A DNA stretch of 64,000 nucleotides, taken from the NCBI GenBank assembly GCA_963737655.1, contig CAVTTN010000002.1:3424001-3488000 (forward strand), in the 5' to 3' direction. Source of the stretch: an uncultured Planctomycetota bacterium. GTDB lineage: Bacteria > Planctomycetota > Planctomycetia > Isosphaerales > Isosphaeraceae. The position numbers were made by a program, and so were the translations under genes. The notes beneath the pieces are model-generated. The model ran no database searches. It saw nothing but the letters and a program-made list of their open reading frames with translations, and was not told the origin of the DNA. This document shows, one piece after another, positions 11,004 through 19,955 of this stretch; the first letter of the stretch is position 1; every line of letters starts with the position of its first letter.

Positions 11004-12871
11004 CGCCCATGAACGCCCATCCCGAGAACGGTCACGGCACGGGGAACGGCCACGGCCACGCGGTCGCCGGCCACGACGCGGCCCACGGTCACGACGACCA
11101 CGACCACATCCACGCCGAGCCCACCAATCCGCTGTTCAAGTACGTCTTCTCCACCGATCATAAGATCATCGGGATCCAGTTCCTGGTCTCGGGGCTGCTG
11201 TTCTTCGCCCTGGGCGGCGTCCTGGCCCTGGCCGTCCGCTGGCAGCTCGCCTGGCCGTGGTCGCCGATGCCGATCCTTTCGAACCTTTTGTGGTCGGAAT
11301 ACGGCTACCGCATCCCGCCCGAGTCGTACAACAAGCTGTTCACCATGCACGCGACCGTGATGATCTTCTTCGTGATCATCCCGCTGTTGACCGGGGCGTT
11401 CGGCAACTTCCTGATCCCTTTGATGATCGGGGCGCGCGACATGGCGTTCCCCAAGCTGAACATGTACAGCTACTGGTTCATGTGGCCGGCCTTCATCTGC
11501 CTGAGCATGTCGTTCCTCGCCCCCGGAGGCTCCGCGGAGGCGGGCTGGACGAGTTATCCCCTGCTCGCCACGGCCAAGGCGTCCACGCCCGGCTCGCTGA
11601 TCGGCCAGACCTGGTGGCTGGGGGCCCTGCTGTTCGCGGGGATCTCGTCGTTGATGGGGTCGATCAATTACATCACCACCATCATCATGCTCCGGGCACC
11701 CGGCATGAAGATGTTCCGCCTGCCGATGACGGTCTGGGCCATGTTCATCACGGCCCTCCTCCAGGCGTTCGCCCTGCCCGTCCTGACCTCGGCCCTGGTG
11801 ATGCAGCTTCTCGACCGGACGATCGGCACGAACTTCTTCACCCCGGCCAACTGGGTCGTGGCGAACGCCGAGATGGGGGTCGGCGGCGGCCAGACGCTGC
11901 TCTGGCAGCACATGTTCTGGTTCTATTCCCACCCGGCCGTCTACATCATGATCCTGCCGGCGATGGGGATGGTCTCGGACGTGATCTCCACCTTCAGCCG
12001 CAAGCCGCTCTTCGGCTACAAGCCGATGGTCTTCGCCACGGCGGGGATCGCGGGCCTGGGCTTCATCGTCTGGGGCCACCACATGTTCCAGTCGGGAATG
12101 AACCCGGCCCTCGGGGCCACGTTCATGCTCTCGACGATGATGATCGCCCTGCCCTCGGCCATCAAGGTCTTCAACTGGACCGGGACGATGTGGGGCGGCT
12201 CGCTCCACTACACGGCGAGCATGCTCAACGCGATCGCCTTCGTCGCCATGTTCATCATCGGCGGCCTGTCGGGGATCTTCATGGCGGCCACCCCGGTCGA
12301 CATGCACATCCACGACACCTACTTCATCGTGGCCCACATCCACTACGTCCTGTTCGGCGGCAGCACGTTCGGCATCTTCGCGGCGATCTACTTCTGGTTC
12401 CCCAAGATGTTCGGCAAGATGATGAACGAGCCGCTCGGGAAGCTCCACTTCTTCCTGACGTTCCTGTTCTTCAACGGGACGTTCTTCATGATGCACATCA
12501 TCGGGATGCACGGGCACCCGAGGCGGATCGCCGACCCGACGATCTATCCGTTCCTCGCCACGCCGGGGATCGTTGGCATGAACCGATTCATGACGGTGAA
12601 TGCCATCCTGCTGGGATTCACCCAGATCATCTTCGCGTTCAACCTGGTGTACAGCCTGATCTTCGGGCCGAAGGCCGGCGACAACCCCTGGCATTCCAAC
12701 ACCCTGGAATGGCAGACGACCTCGCCTCCTCCCTACTACAACTTCCAGACGATCCCCAAGGTCTACCACGCCGCCTACGAGTACAGCGTCCCGGGCGTGG
12801 TGGCCGATTTCCTCCCGCAGACGGAGCCCCGTCCCGTGGAGGCCGGGCCGCTCGACCCGGTCATGGCCTAG
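11000..12871 (+). CDS. coxA: Cytochrome c oxidase subunit I, A2-type
   Basis: STDHKIIG, TMHATVMIF, WFYSHPAVY (A2 YS motif), VWGHHMF, VAHIHY, PRR. Confidence 0.97.
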   Translation: MTPMNAHPENGHGTGNGHGHAVAGHDAAHGHDDHDHIHAEPTNPLFKYVFSTDHKIIGIQFLVSGLLFFALGGVLALAVRWQLAWPWSPMPILSNLLWSEYGYRIPPESYNKLFTMHATVMIFFVIIPLLTGAFGNFLIPLMIGARDMAFPKLNMYSYWFMWPAFICLSMSFLAPGGSAEAGWTSYPLLATAKASTPGSLIGQTWWLGALLFAGISSLMGSINYITTIIMLRAPGMKMFRLPMTVWAMFITALLQAFALPVLTSALVMQLLDRTIGTNFFTPANWVVANAEMGVGGGQTLLWQHMFWFYSHPAVYIMILPAMGMVSDVISTFSRKPLFGYKPMVFATAGIAGLGFIVWGHHMFQSGMNPALGATFMLSTMMIALPSAIKVFNWTGTMWGGSLHYTASMLNAIAFVAMFIIGGLSGIFMAATPVDMHIHDTYFIVAHIHYVLFGGSTFGIFAAIYFWFPKMFGKMMNEPLGKLHFFLTFLFFNGTFFMMHIIGMHGHPRRIADPTIYPFLATPGIVGMNRFMTVNAILLGFTQIIFAFNLVYSLIFGPKAGDNPWHSNTLEWQTTSPPPYYNFQTIPKVYHAAYEYSVPGVVADFLPQTEPRPVEAGPLDPVMA

Positions 12872-13036
12872 CCCAGTCGGAAAGTGCGGAGTGCCGAGTG
12901 GGGAGTCGGACATCCCCCGATCCCTCGCTCGGCACTTGGCCGGTCTCCTAAACGGTCAGGACAAACACCATCCGGCAGGCCGCGGCCTGCCCCACGGAGA
13001 GAGACCGAACGTTCCGCCCGGTCGGCCATCCACCCC

Positions 13037-13999
13037 ATGACCCAGCACTCCTCGCTCAGCAACCGGCACCCGGCACCCTATCGGCGGACGGTCCACGCCG
13101 TCGCCCTGTTCGCCGCCGCCGTGACGTTGCCCTTGCTGATGACCGGCGCCCAGGTGACGACCAACCGCTTCGGGATGGCCGTGCCGGACTGGCCCACGAC
13201 GTTCGGCATCAACATGTTCCTGTATAACATGGCGGAGGCGTCTTACGCGGTGTTCGTCGAGCACCGCCACCGCCTGTTCGGTTCGTCCCTGGGGATCGCC
13301 ACCATCATCCTGGCGGCCTGGTTCGTCCTGGCCGACCGCCGCCGGTGGATGAAACTCCTGGGCGTGGGCGCCTTGCTCGCCGTGATCGGCCAGGGTTCGC
13401 TGGGCGGGATTCGCGTCCTGAGGAATTCGACCACGTTTGCCGCGATCCACGGATGCACCGGCCAACTCGTTTTCGCCCTGCTCGTGGCCCTGTGTGTCCT
13501 GACCAGTCGCGACTGGCTCCAGCCCGACGCCGAGGCCGACGATCCCGGCTCGCTCCGGCGCCGATCGGCCGTGAATCTCGGCCTGATTTATGGGCAGATC
13601 GTGATTGGCGCGACCCTCCGGCATTTCGGGGCGAATCTGCTCTTCCATGCGGTCCTGGCCGTGGCGGTCCTGGCCCATGCGGTGGCCTTGTGGATCCGGG
13701 TCGAGCGATCGGCGGCCTCGGTTCCCTGGCTGGTGAAACCGGCCCGTTGGATGGCGATGGCCGTGGCCGTCCAGGTCCTCCTGGGAATCGCCGCGTGGTG
13801 GCTGCTCCGGCCATTCGACGGCATCCCTCGACTCGTGACCACCCCCCAGTCGCTGGCCCGCACCGGCCACGTCGTCAACGGGGCGTTGTTCCTGGCCTCG
13901 GCGGTCGTCCTGACGCTCCGGGCATTCCGCCACCTGCGGTCTCCCGAGGTTCCCAACCGAGAACTCGTCCGGCAGGGAGCCGTGGAGGTGGTGGCATGA
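13037..13999 (+). CDS. ctaA: Heme A synthase (COX15/CtaA family)
   Basis: VPDWP, EHRHR and conserved His residues in TM helices; operon context. Confidence 0.88.
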   Translation: MTQHSSLSNRHPAPYRRTVHAVALFAAAVTLPLLMTGAQVTTNRFGMAVPDWPTTFGINMFLYNMAEASYAVFVEHRHRLFGSSLGIATIILAAWFVLADRRRWMKLLGVGALLAVIGQGSLGGIRVLRNSTTFAAIHGCTGQLVFALLVALCVLTSRDWLQPDAEADDPGSLRRRSAVNLGLIYGQIVIGATLRHFGANLLFHAVLAVAVLAHAVALWIRVERSAASVPWLVKPARWMAMAVAVQVLLGIAAWWLLRPFDGIPRLVTTPQSLARTGHVVNGALFLASAVVLTLRAFRHLRSPEVPNRELVRQGAVEVVA

Positions 14000-14924
14000 G
14001 CCTCAAGACCGCGATCCCCATCCCGCCACCCTCGCTCGCAACGGCCGAGGCGTCCCCGTCCTCGGCCGAGCGGCTCGCCGGCTTCGTGGCCTTGACGAAA
14101 CCTCGGATCGCGGTGATGGTCCTGCTGACCGTGGCCGTCGGCTACGTCCTGGGGCCGGGGCTCGGCCCTGCCGACGACCCTCTTGCTGACCCTGGCCGGG
14201 ACCGGCCTGGTCGCGGCCGGGGCGAGCGTCTGGAACCAGGTGATCGAGCGCGACCGGGACTCCCGGATGAGGCGGACGGCCGGTCGGCCGATCCCGTCGG
14301 GGCTGATCGGCTCGGTCGAGGCCGGGCTGTTCGGCACGGTCCTGGCGGTCTCGGGAGTCCTGATCCTGGCCATCGGCACCACGGGAACGGCGGCGGCCGT
14401 CGCGCTCGCCACCTTCACCCTTTACGTCGCGGCCTACACCCCGCTGAAGCCGATCACGACCCTGAACACGGCCGTGGGGGCCATCCCGGCGCGCGCTGCC
14501 TCCGGTCATCGGCTGGGCGGCGGCCACGGGGAAGCTCGGGGTCGAGCCCCTGGCCCTGTTCCTGATCGTCTTTCTCTGGCAATTCCCGCACTTCCTGGCG
14601 ATCGCCTGGCTCCATCGGGACGACTATGCCCGGGGGGGGCACCGGATGCTGCCGTCGGTGGACCCGACGGGGGCCTTGACGGCCGGGCAGTCGCTGGCGT
14701 ATGCGTTGGTCCTGGTCCCGGCGGGCCTCCTGCCGACGGTCGTTGGCGTGGCCGGGACGTTCTACTTCGCCGGGTCGCTCGCGGCCGGGCTGTTCTATCT
14801 GGCGGCGGCGGTTCGGTTCCGCCACGAGGTCGGGGACGCCTCGGCCCGGGGCCTGCTCCGGGCGTCGTTCCTGTACCTGCCCGCCGTCTTGTGCCTCTTG
14901 CTGCTCAACCCGATGCCGGCTTGA
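13996..14924 (+). CDS. ctaB: Heme O synthase (protoheme IX farnesyltransferase); two frameshifts near 14155 and 14490
   Basis: LTKPRI, NQVIERDRDSRMRRTAGRP, YTPLK, WQFPHF, DYARGG..MLP spread over three frames. ATGA overlap with ctaA. Confidence 0.9.
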
Positions 14925-14954
14925 CCGCGGACAACCCACGAAGGTGGACGACCG

Positions 14955-15932
14955 ATGGCCCACGCTCCTTCCGCCCCCCACTCCGCCGAGATGAGCACGC
15001 CCCACCCGCCCCTGGGGCAGCCGACGGTCCAGGCCATGCCCGTGACCCCCGGCAAGGTGGCCATGTGGCTGTTCCTGGCCACCGAGATCATGTTCTTCAC
15101 CGGGCTGATCGGGTCGTATGTCGTTTTGCGGGCCGGGTCTCCGCCAACGGCATACTCCAACCTTTTCCAGCCGAACACCCCGCTCGCGGGCCTGGAGAAC
15201 TCCAAGGGCGTCCGGATCCTCTCGACCGGGGCCGACGCCCACCGGGTCGCCGAGCTGTTCGTCGAGACGTGCGGCTATCCCGTCGCGCCGAGCGAGTCCG
15301 ACGCCGCCTTCAAGAAGAGGATGGAGGAGCTCGTCGAGGAAGGGTCCGCGATCACCCGGGGGAGGAACCCGGCCGACGCCGAGGCCCTCGCCTCCCGGTT
15401 CCGCTCCCTCGGCGCGACCATCGAGGTCGTGGGCCTGAAGACCGACAACTGGCCCCAGCCGTATGACCACCTGACGAACCCCCTGTCCATCGACCTCACG
15501 GCGATGAACACGTTCTTCCTGATCTGTTCGTCGGTCACGATGGTCCTGGCACTCTCGGGGGTCCAGCAGGGGAACCAGAGGAAGCTGATCTTCTACCTCG
15601 CGGCCACGGTCCTGATCGGCTCGGTCTTCGTGGGCATCCAGTTCATCGAGTACCGCAAGCTGATGTTCGCCGACGCCCACCCGATCGGGATCGGCAAGGA
15701 CGGCCACTTCCGCCCGGCGTCCAGCCTCTTCGGCTCGTGCTTCTTCACGATGACCGGGTTCCACGGGGCCCACGTCACCGGGGGCGTGATCCTGCTGGCC
15801 TGCATCCTCGTCGGGGCGATCCGGGGGAAGTTCACGGCGACCAACCATAGCGCCGTCGAGCTTGCCGGCCTGTACTGGCACTTCGTGGACCTCGTCTGGA
15901 TCATCCTGTTCACGGTCGTTTACCTGATCTGA
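14955..15932 (+). CDS. coxC: Cytochrome c oxidase subunit III with an inserted soluble domain
   Basis: MWLFLATEIMFF, NTFFLICSS, TGFHGAHV, YWHFVDLVW. Confidence 0.93.
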   Translation: MAHAPSAPHSAEMSTPHPPLGQPTVQAMPVTPGKVAMWLFLATEIMFFTGLIGSYVVLRAGSPPTAYSNLFQPNTPLAGLENSKGVRILSTGADAHRVAELFVETCGYPVAPSESDAAFKKRMEELVEEGSAITRGRNPADAEALASRFRSLGATIEVVGLKTDNWPQPYDHLTNPLSIDLTAMNTFFLICSSVTMVLALSGVQQGNQRKLIFYLAATVLIGSVFVGIQFIEYRKLMFADAHPIGIGKDGHFRPASSLFGSCFFTMTGFHGAHVTGGVILLACILVGAIRGKFTATNHSAVELAGLYWHFVDLVWIILFTVVYLI

Positions 15933-15977
15933 CCCGGACCGCGGACCTCCGCTCACCGAAGACGGGAACCCCGCCCC

Positions 15978-16511
15978 ATGACCGACCATAACCGGACGTT
16001 CGACGAGCAGCAGGACGTCGAGTCCCACGCGCCCTACATCACCCTGTTCTTCGTCCTGCTGAACTACACGGCGATGGAGTACGTGTACGCCAAGTTCCAC
16101 AAGTCCCACACGCTGGTGCTCTACATGGTCGGGGTGGCGGTGCTGCTGACCATCGTCACGGCCATCTTCGCCGCGTTCTTCCACTTCCGGTTCAACCGGA
16201 AATGGGTGTACCTGACGATGATCCCGGCGGTCGGCCTCTCGGTGATGCCGTTCCCCCTGCTGCTGGGCCTGCTGATCCTGGCGGTGACCAAGGCCACGCT
16301 CGTCGGCCTGTACTTCATGCACCTGAAGTACGAGGGGAACTGGGTCTATTACATGCTGATCCCGGCGGGCATCCTGGCCTGCGTGTTCACCACCGCTCTT
16401 TATCCGGACATCGGCATGCAGCCGACCGACGAGGACCAGGCGATCCAGGAACAGCCGCTGAGCCGGGCTCCGTCGCCCTCGTGGTCGCAACCCGTCCGCC
16501 TGCTTTCTTGA
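15978..16511 (+). CDS. Cytochrome c oxidase subunit IV family protein
   Basis: KATLVGLYFMHLKYE motif; follows subunit III. Confidence 0.85.
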   Translation: MTDHNRTFDEQQDVESHAPYITLFFVLLNYTAMEYVYAKFHKSHTLVLYMVGVAVLLTIVTAIFAAFFHFRFNRKWVYLTMIPAVGLSVMPFPLLLGLLILAVTKATLVGLYFMHLKYEGNWVYYMLIPAGILACVFTTALYPDIGMQPTDEDQAIQEQPLSRAPSPSWSQPVRLLS

Positions 16512-16533
16512 ACTTGAACCGTTTCGAGGCGTT

Positions 16534-17610
16534 GTGAATCGTTCCTATCGGCGAGGGCTGGCGAACGTTTGCGGGGTGGTCGCCGCGTCGGCCCTCCTGT
16601 GCTTCGGCCTGGCGGGCCCTCGGGCGGAAACCGGCCCGGCCGGCGAATTGTTCGGCGGCCGGGAGCTTGGCGCGTTTCGCTTCGTCGAGCGGTCCGGCCG
16701 CACGGTGACCGAGGCCGACCTCGCCGATCGTCCCTGGATCGCCGGGTTCGTTTTCACCCGATGCCCCGGTTCCTGCCTGAAGATCTCGGCCGTGATGGCC
16801 GACATCCAGGAGAAGTTGAAGGGGACCGACGCCCGACTGGTCAGCATCTCGGTGGACCCGGAGCATGACTCTCCGGCCGTCCTCTCCGATTACGCGAAGA
16901 AATTCGGGGCCGACCCCGGCCGCTGGTGGTTCCTGACCGGCCCGAAGGCGGACACCTATGCCTTGATCTTTAACCGCTTCGAGCTGCCGGTGGCCGAGGT
17001 GCCCGAATCGGCCCGGGACGAGCGGCTGGAGGCCGTCTCGCACAGCGATCGCCTGGTCCTCGTCGATCGCGGCAACCGGGTCGCCGGGGTCTTCAACTCG
17101 ACCGACCCGAAGGCCGTGACAAGGCTTGTCGAGGCCGTGAAAACTCGCCAGAAGTGGAACCGGGCCAAAGCATTGGGCTGGCCCTTGCGGCTCCCGACGG
17201 TCAACGCAACGCTCAACGGATCGTGTGCGATCCTGCTCGTGGTCGGCTGGTCCCTGATCCGCCTGGGCCGGGTCAAGCTCCACGCGGCGACGATGATCGC
17301 GGCCATCGCGGTCTCGGCGGTGTTCCTTTCGTGCTATCTCGTCTATCATTACCTCGTGGGAAGCGTCCCATTCCGGGGCGAGGGGCCGATCCGCCAGGTC
17401 TACCTGACGATCCTGCTCTCGCACACGGTCCTGGCGATCGAAGTGGTCCCTCTGATTGCCCTGACGGTCTATCGAGCGGCCCGGGGGCGTTTCGCCGAGC
17501 ATGCCTCGATGGCCCGAATCGCGTTCCCGGTCTGGCTTTACGTCTCGATCACCGGCGTCGTGGTGTACTGGATGCTCTACCGGCTCGAACTCCCCACCTA
17601 CCCGGGTTGA
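16534..17610 (+). CDS. SCO1/SenC copper chaperone fused to a DUF420 (CtaM-like) membrane domain
   Basis: FTRCPGSC (CxxxC), ISVDPEHD, HSDRLVLVD; then LPTVNATLN...FLSCYLVYH...LLSHTVLA...WLYVSITGVVVY. Confidence 0.88.
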   Translation: MNRSYRRGLANVCGVVAASALLCFGLAGPRAETGPAGELFGGRELGAFRFVERSGRTVTEADLADRPWIAGFVFTRCPGSCLKISAVMADIQEKLKGTDARLVSISVDPEHDSPAVLSDYAKKFGADPGRWWFLTGPKADTYALIFNRFELPVAEVPESARDERLEAVSHSDRLVLVDRGNRVAGVFNSTDPKAVTRLVEAVKTRQKWNRAKALGWPLRLPTVNATLNGSCAILLVVGWSLIRLGRVKLHAATMIAAIAVSAVFLSCYLVYHYLVGSVPFRGEGPIRQVYLTILLSHTVLAIEVVPLIALTVYRAARGRFAEHASMARIAFPVWLYVSITGVVVYWMLYRLELPTYPG

Positions 17611-17635
17611 TCGGGCCGTCCGAAGAGGATCGACG

Positions 17636-17881
17636 ATGCGAAAACCGCTCCAAATCGCCGGCACCGCAGCCCTGATCGCCGCAATCTCCTGGACGGCTCC
17701 CGCGCACGCCTGCCCGAACTGCAAGGAGGCCCTGGCCTCGCAGACGGGCGAGGAATCGCACTTGAAGGACGGCTATTACTACAGCATCCTGCTGATGATG
17801 GGGATGCCCTTCGCCCTCCTCGGAACCGGCGCATTCTTCGTGGTCCGAACCGTCCGCCGAGGCGGCCTGCCCGAGCTTTAG
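17636..17881 (+). CDS. Small membrane-anchored CPNC protein at the end of the oxidase operon
   Basis: Signal peptide ending AHA, then CPNC; C-terminal TM GYYYSILLMMGMPFALLG. Confidence 0.75.
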   Translation: MRKPLQIAGTAALIAAISWTAPAHACPNCKEALASQTGEESHLKDGYYYSILLMMGMPFALLGTGAFFVVRTVRRGGLPEL

Positions 17882-17908
17882 GGCGGCTGTCGGTCGGGTG
17901 GAGCAGCG

Positions 17909-17967
17909 GTAGGGCAGGCCTCGGCCTGCCGAGACCCGCGAAGACGGCAGGCCAAGGCCTGCCCTAC
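17909..17967. repeat. GTAG-type REP doublet, family A
   Basis: GTAGGGCAGGCCTCGGCCTGCC ... GGCAGGCCAAGGCCTGCCCTAC between convergent genes. Confidence 0.85.
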
Positions 17968-18027
17968 GAAATTGTCGTGCGCAATCCGATCGTGGACTGC
18001 TCTGGGCCGGATCCGCAAGAGCCGACT

Positions 18028-18957
18028 CTACAAGGAGTTCGACCGTTCCCGGAGCCGACCGGCCGGGGTCTGATCCGCCAGCGCCTCGATCATTTCCCGA
18101 GCGGCCTCGGCCACGGCCGATTGCCAATCCGTTCCGAACCGGGACTTGAGATCGGGCCGGAGGTAGGCGAACGCCAGGTTCCGGGAATTGTTGATCAGGG
18201 CGCCCTGCCCGGTCTCGTCGAAGGCCGAGGCCGTATCGGCGGCCGTCCCGCCTTGAGACCCGTAGCCCGGCACCAGAAACGGCACGCCCGGCAGACATTG
18301 GCGAAGCTCGGCAAGCTGAGCAGGGTACGTGGCCCCTACGACGGCCCCCACCGCGCTGTAGCCCGAGGCGTCGCGATGGGGGGCGGCCCATCGGGCGACG
18401 AGCTCGGCCATGTGCCGGTAGATCGGCCGGCCGTCGGCGATCAGGTCCTGGATCTCCCCGGCGGAAGGGTTGCTGGTGCGAACCAGGACGTAGAGGCCGC
18501 GATCTCGTTTCGCGGCGACCTCGACGAACGGCGCGATCCCATCGCGTCCGAGGTAGCCGTTGACGGTCAGGGCGTCGGCCTCCCACGGGGCATCGGGGCC
18601 GAGGTAGGCGTCGGCGTAGGCTTCGGCCGTCGAGCCGATGTCGTTCCTCTTGCCGTCCACGATCGCGATCAGGCCGAGCTCCCGGCTCCGGGCGACCGAA
18701 TCTTGCAAGGCGCAAAGCCCGTCGGGGCCGAGCTTTTCATAAAAGGCGGCCTGGAACTTCACCGCCGGGACGATCGGCGAGAGGACGTCCAGGAGCTCCC
18801 GGGCGAACGCCCGGAACGCCTCGGCCGTGCCCGCCATCCCCGAAGGGAATCGGTCGAGAAATCCGGGAGGGAGGCTCTCGGCCCGAGGGTCGATCCCGAG
18901 GAGGACCGGGTTGCCCTTGCGGCGGACCGCCGTCGTCAATCGCTCGCCAAATCCCAT
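18028..18957 (-). CDS. pyrF: Orotidine-5'-phosphate decarboxylase (subfamily 2)
   Basis: LGIDP, KFQAAFYE, DGKRNDIGST, VRTSNP, VGATYP, LVPGYGSQGG, NNSR. Confidence 0.95.
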   Translation of the reverse strand: MGFGERLTTAVRRKGNPVLLGIDPRAESLPPGFLDRFPSGMAGTAEAFRAFARELLDVLSPIVPAVKFQAAFYEKLGPDGLCALQDSVARSRELGLIAIVDGKRNDIGSTAEAYADAYLGPDAPWEADALTVNGYLGRDGIAPFVEVAAKRDRGLYVLVRTSNPSAGEIQDLIADGRPIYRHMAELVARWAAPHRDASGYSAVGAVVGATYPAQLAELRQCLPGVPFLVPGYGSQGGTAADTASAFDETGQGALINNSRNLAFAYLRPDLKSRFGTDWQSAVAEAAREMIEALADQTPAGRLRERSNSL

Positions 18958-18985
18958 GAACGGCCCTCCCCGGTTCGATCACGCG

Positions 18986-19013
18986 TTGACAGGACGCCAG
19001 AAAACTCTACAAT
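18986..19013 (+). promoter_or_regulatory. sigma70-type promoter of tRNA-Pro
   Basis: TTGACA-16 nt-TACAAT. Confidence 0.7.
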
Positions 19014-19046
19014 ACGCAGACCGACGGCGAAAGCCGAAGTCGGTTG

Positions 19047-19121
19047 CGGGGCGTAGCGCAGTTTGGCTAGCGCGCCTGAATGGGGTTCAGGAGGTCGTGG
19101 GTTCAAATCCCGCCGCCCCGA
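19047..19121 (+). tRNA. tRNA-Pro(GGG), CCA not encoded
   Basis: Acceptor stem CGGGGCG/CGCCCCG, D arm GCGCAGTTTGGCTAGCGC, anticodon stem CCTGA/TCAGG with GGG, T loop GTTCAAATC. Confidence 0.97.
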
Positions 19122-19134
19122 TTCGAGATCCACC

Positions 19135-19178
19135 CGAATCCCGTCAACAGTTGCCAACGCGGCTGTTGACGGGATTCG
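19135..19178. terminator. Hairpin after tRNA-Pro (putative bidirectional terminator)
   Basis: CGAATCCCGTCAACAG / CTGTTGACGGGATTCG, a 16-bp inverted repeat between convergent genes. Confidence 0.65.
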
Positions 19179-19227
19179 ACCGTTAGAAAACTCCTCACGA
19201 TTTCGGAGGCCGGCACGATCTCGGTCC

Positions 19228-19638
19228 TCAGCTTAACGCTTGATTGAGGAGCGAGGCGATCCTGGCCTCTTCGGCGACGGTCAGGTCTTTCAGGGCGAAG
19301 GCCGTCGGCCACATGACGCCGTCGTCGAGGTTCGCCTCGTGCATGAAGCCGAGCGTCGCGTACCTCGTCTTGAACTTCGTCGCGCCCTGGAAGAAGCAGA
19401 TGATCTTGCCGTTCCGGGAATATGCCGGCATCCCGTACCAGAGTCTCGGCGAGAGGGTCGGCGCAGTGGCCTTCACGATGGCATGGAGCCGCTCGCCGAG
19501 GATGCGATCCGATTCCGGCATCTCGGCAATCTTGGCGAGCACGGCGCTCTCGCCGTCCGCGTCGTCCTTGACACGGGCAGGGCGCGGGGCCGCCTGCCTC
19601 GCGGCGGACTTCTTGCCGCTTCGGGTATTTTCGGCCAC
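19228..19638 (-). CDS. DUF1801 (YdhG-like) domain protein
   Basis: [23 protein letters not shown]...[16 protein letters not shown]...MWPTAFAL. Confidence 0.85.
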   Translation of the reverse strand: MAENTRSGKKSAARQAAPRPARVKDDADGESAVLAKIAEMPESDRILGERLHAIVKATAPTLSPRLWYGMPAYSRNGKIICFFQGATKFKTRYATLGFMHEANLDDGVMWPTAFALKDLTVAEEARIASLLNQALS

Positions 19639-19955
19639 GGTTTGTCCCCCTATGTTCAAGATATCGGAAGCGGCGCGCCCGGGTCTCTGGGTTGAGTTCT
19701 GGGGATGCGACAGGTCTCGCCGCCGATGATACACTACCATCCCTGTCGAAACGTGGGGGGCCGGCCCCTGGGAACGGGCCGGACCGGCGAGGTGAGCGTT
19801 CCCGGCCTGGAACCTCTCGCGACACGTAGCTTGATGGCTGTCTTGCTGATCCCTCAGGCCCCCGGGGCGGCCAAACTCACCGAGTTTACCGAGATCACTT
19901 CTCTTCGCGCCGCCATCCTGATGATGGAGGCCGGGACGCCGACGACCGAGGCCGC

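Noticed and set aside
19700..19810. Riboswitch between the DUF1801 gene and the metal ATPase (yybP-ykoY/NiCo-like stems, GGCGAGACC on the minus strand)
   Set aside because: Only isolated stems; the second conserved domain is missing. An Infernal/Rfam scan would be needed.
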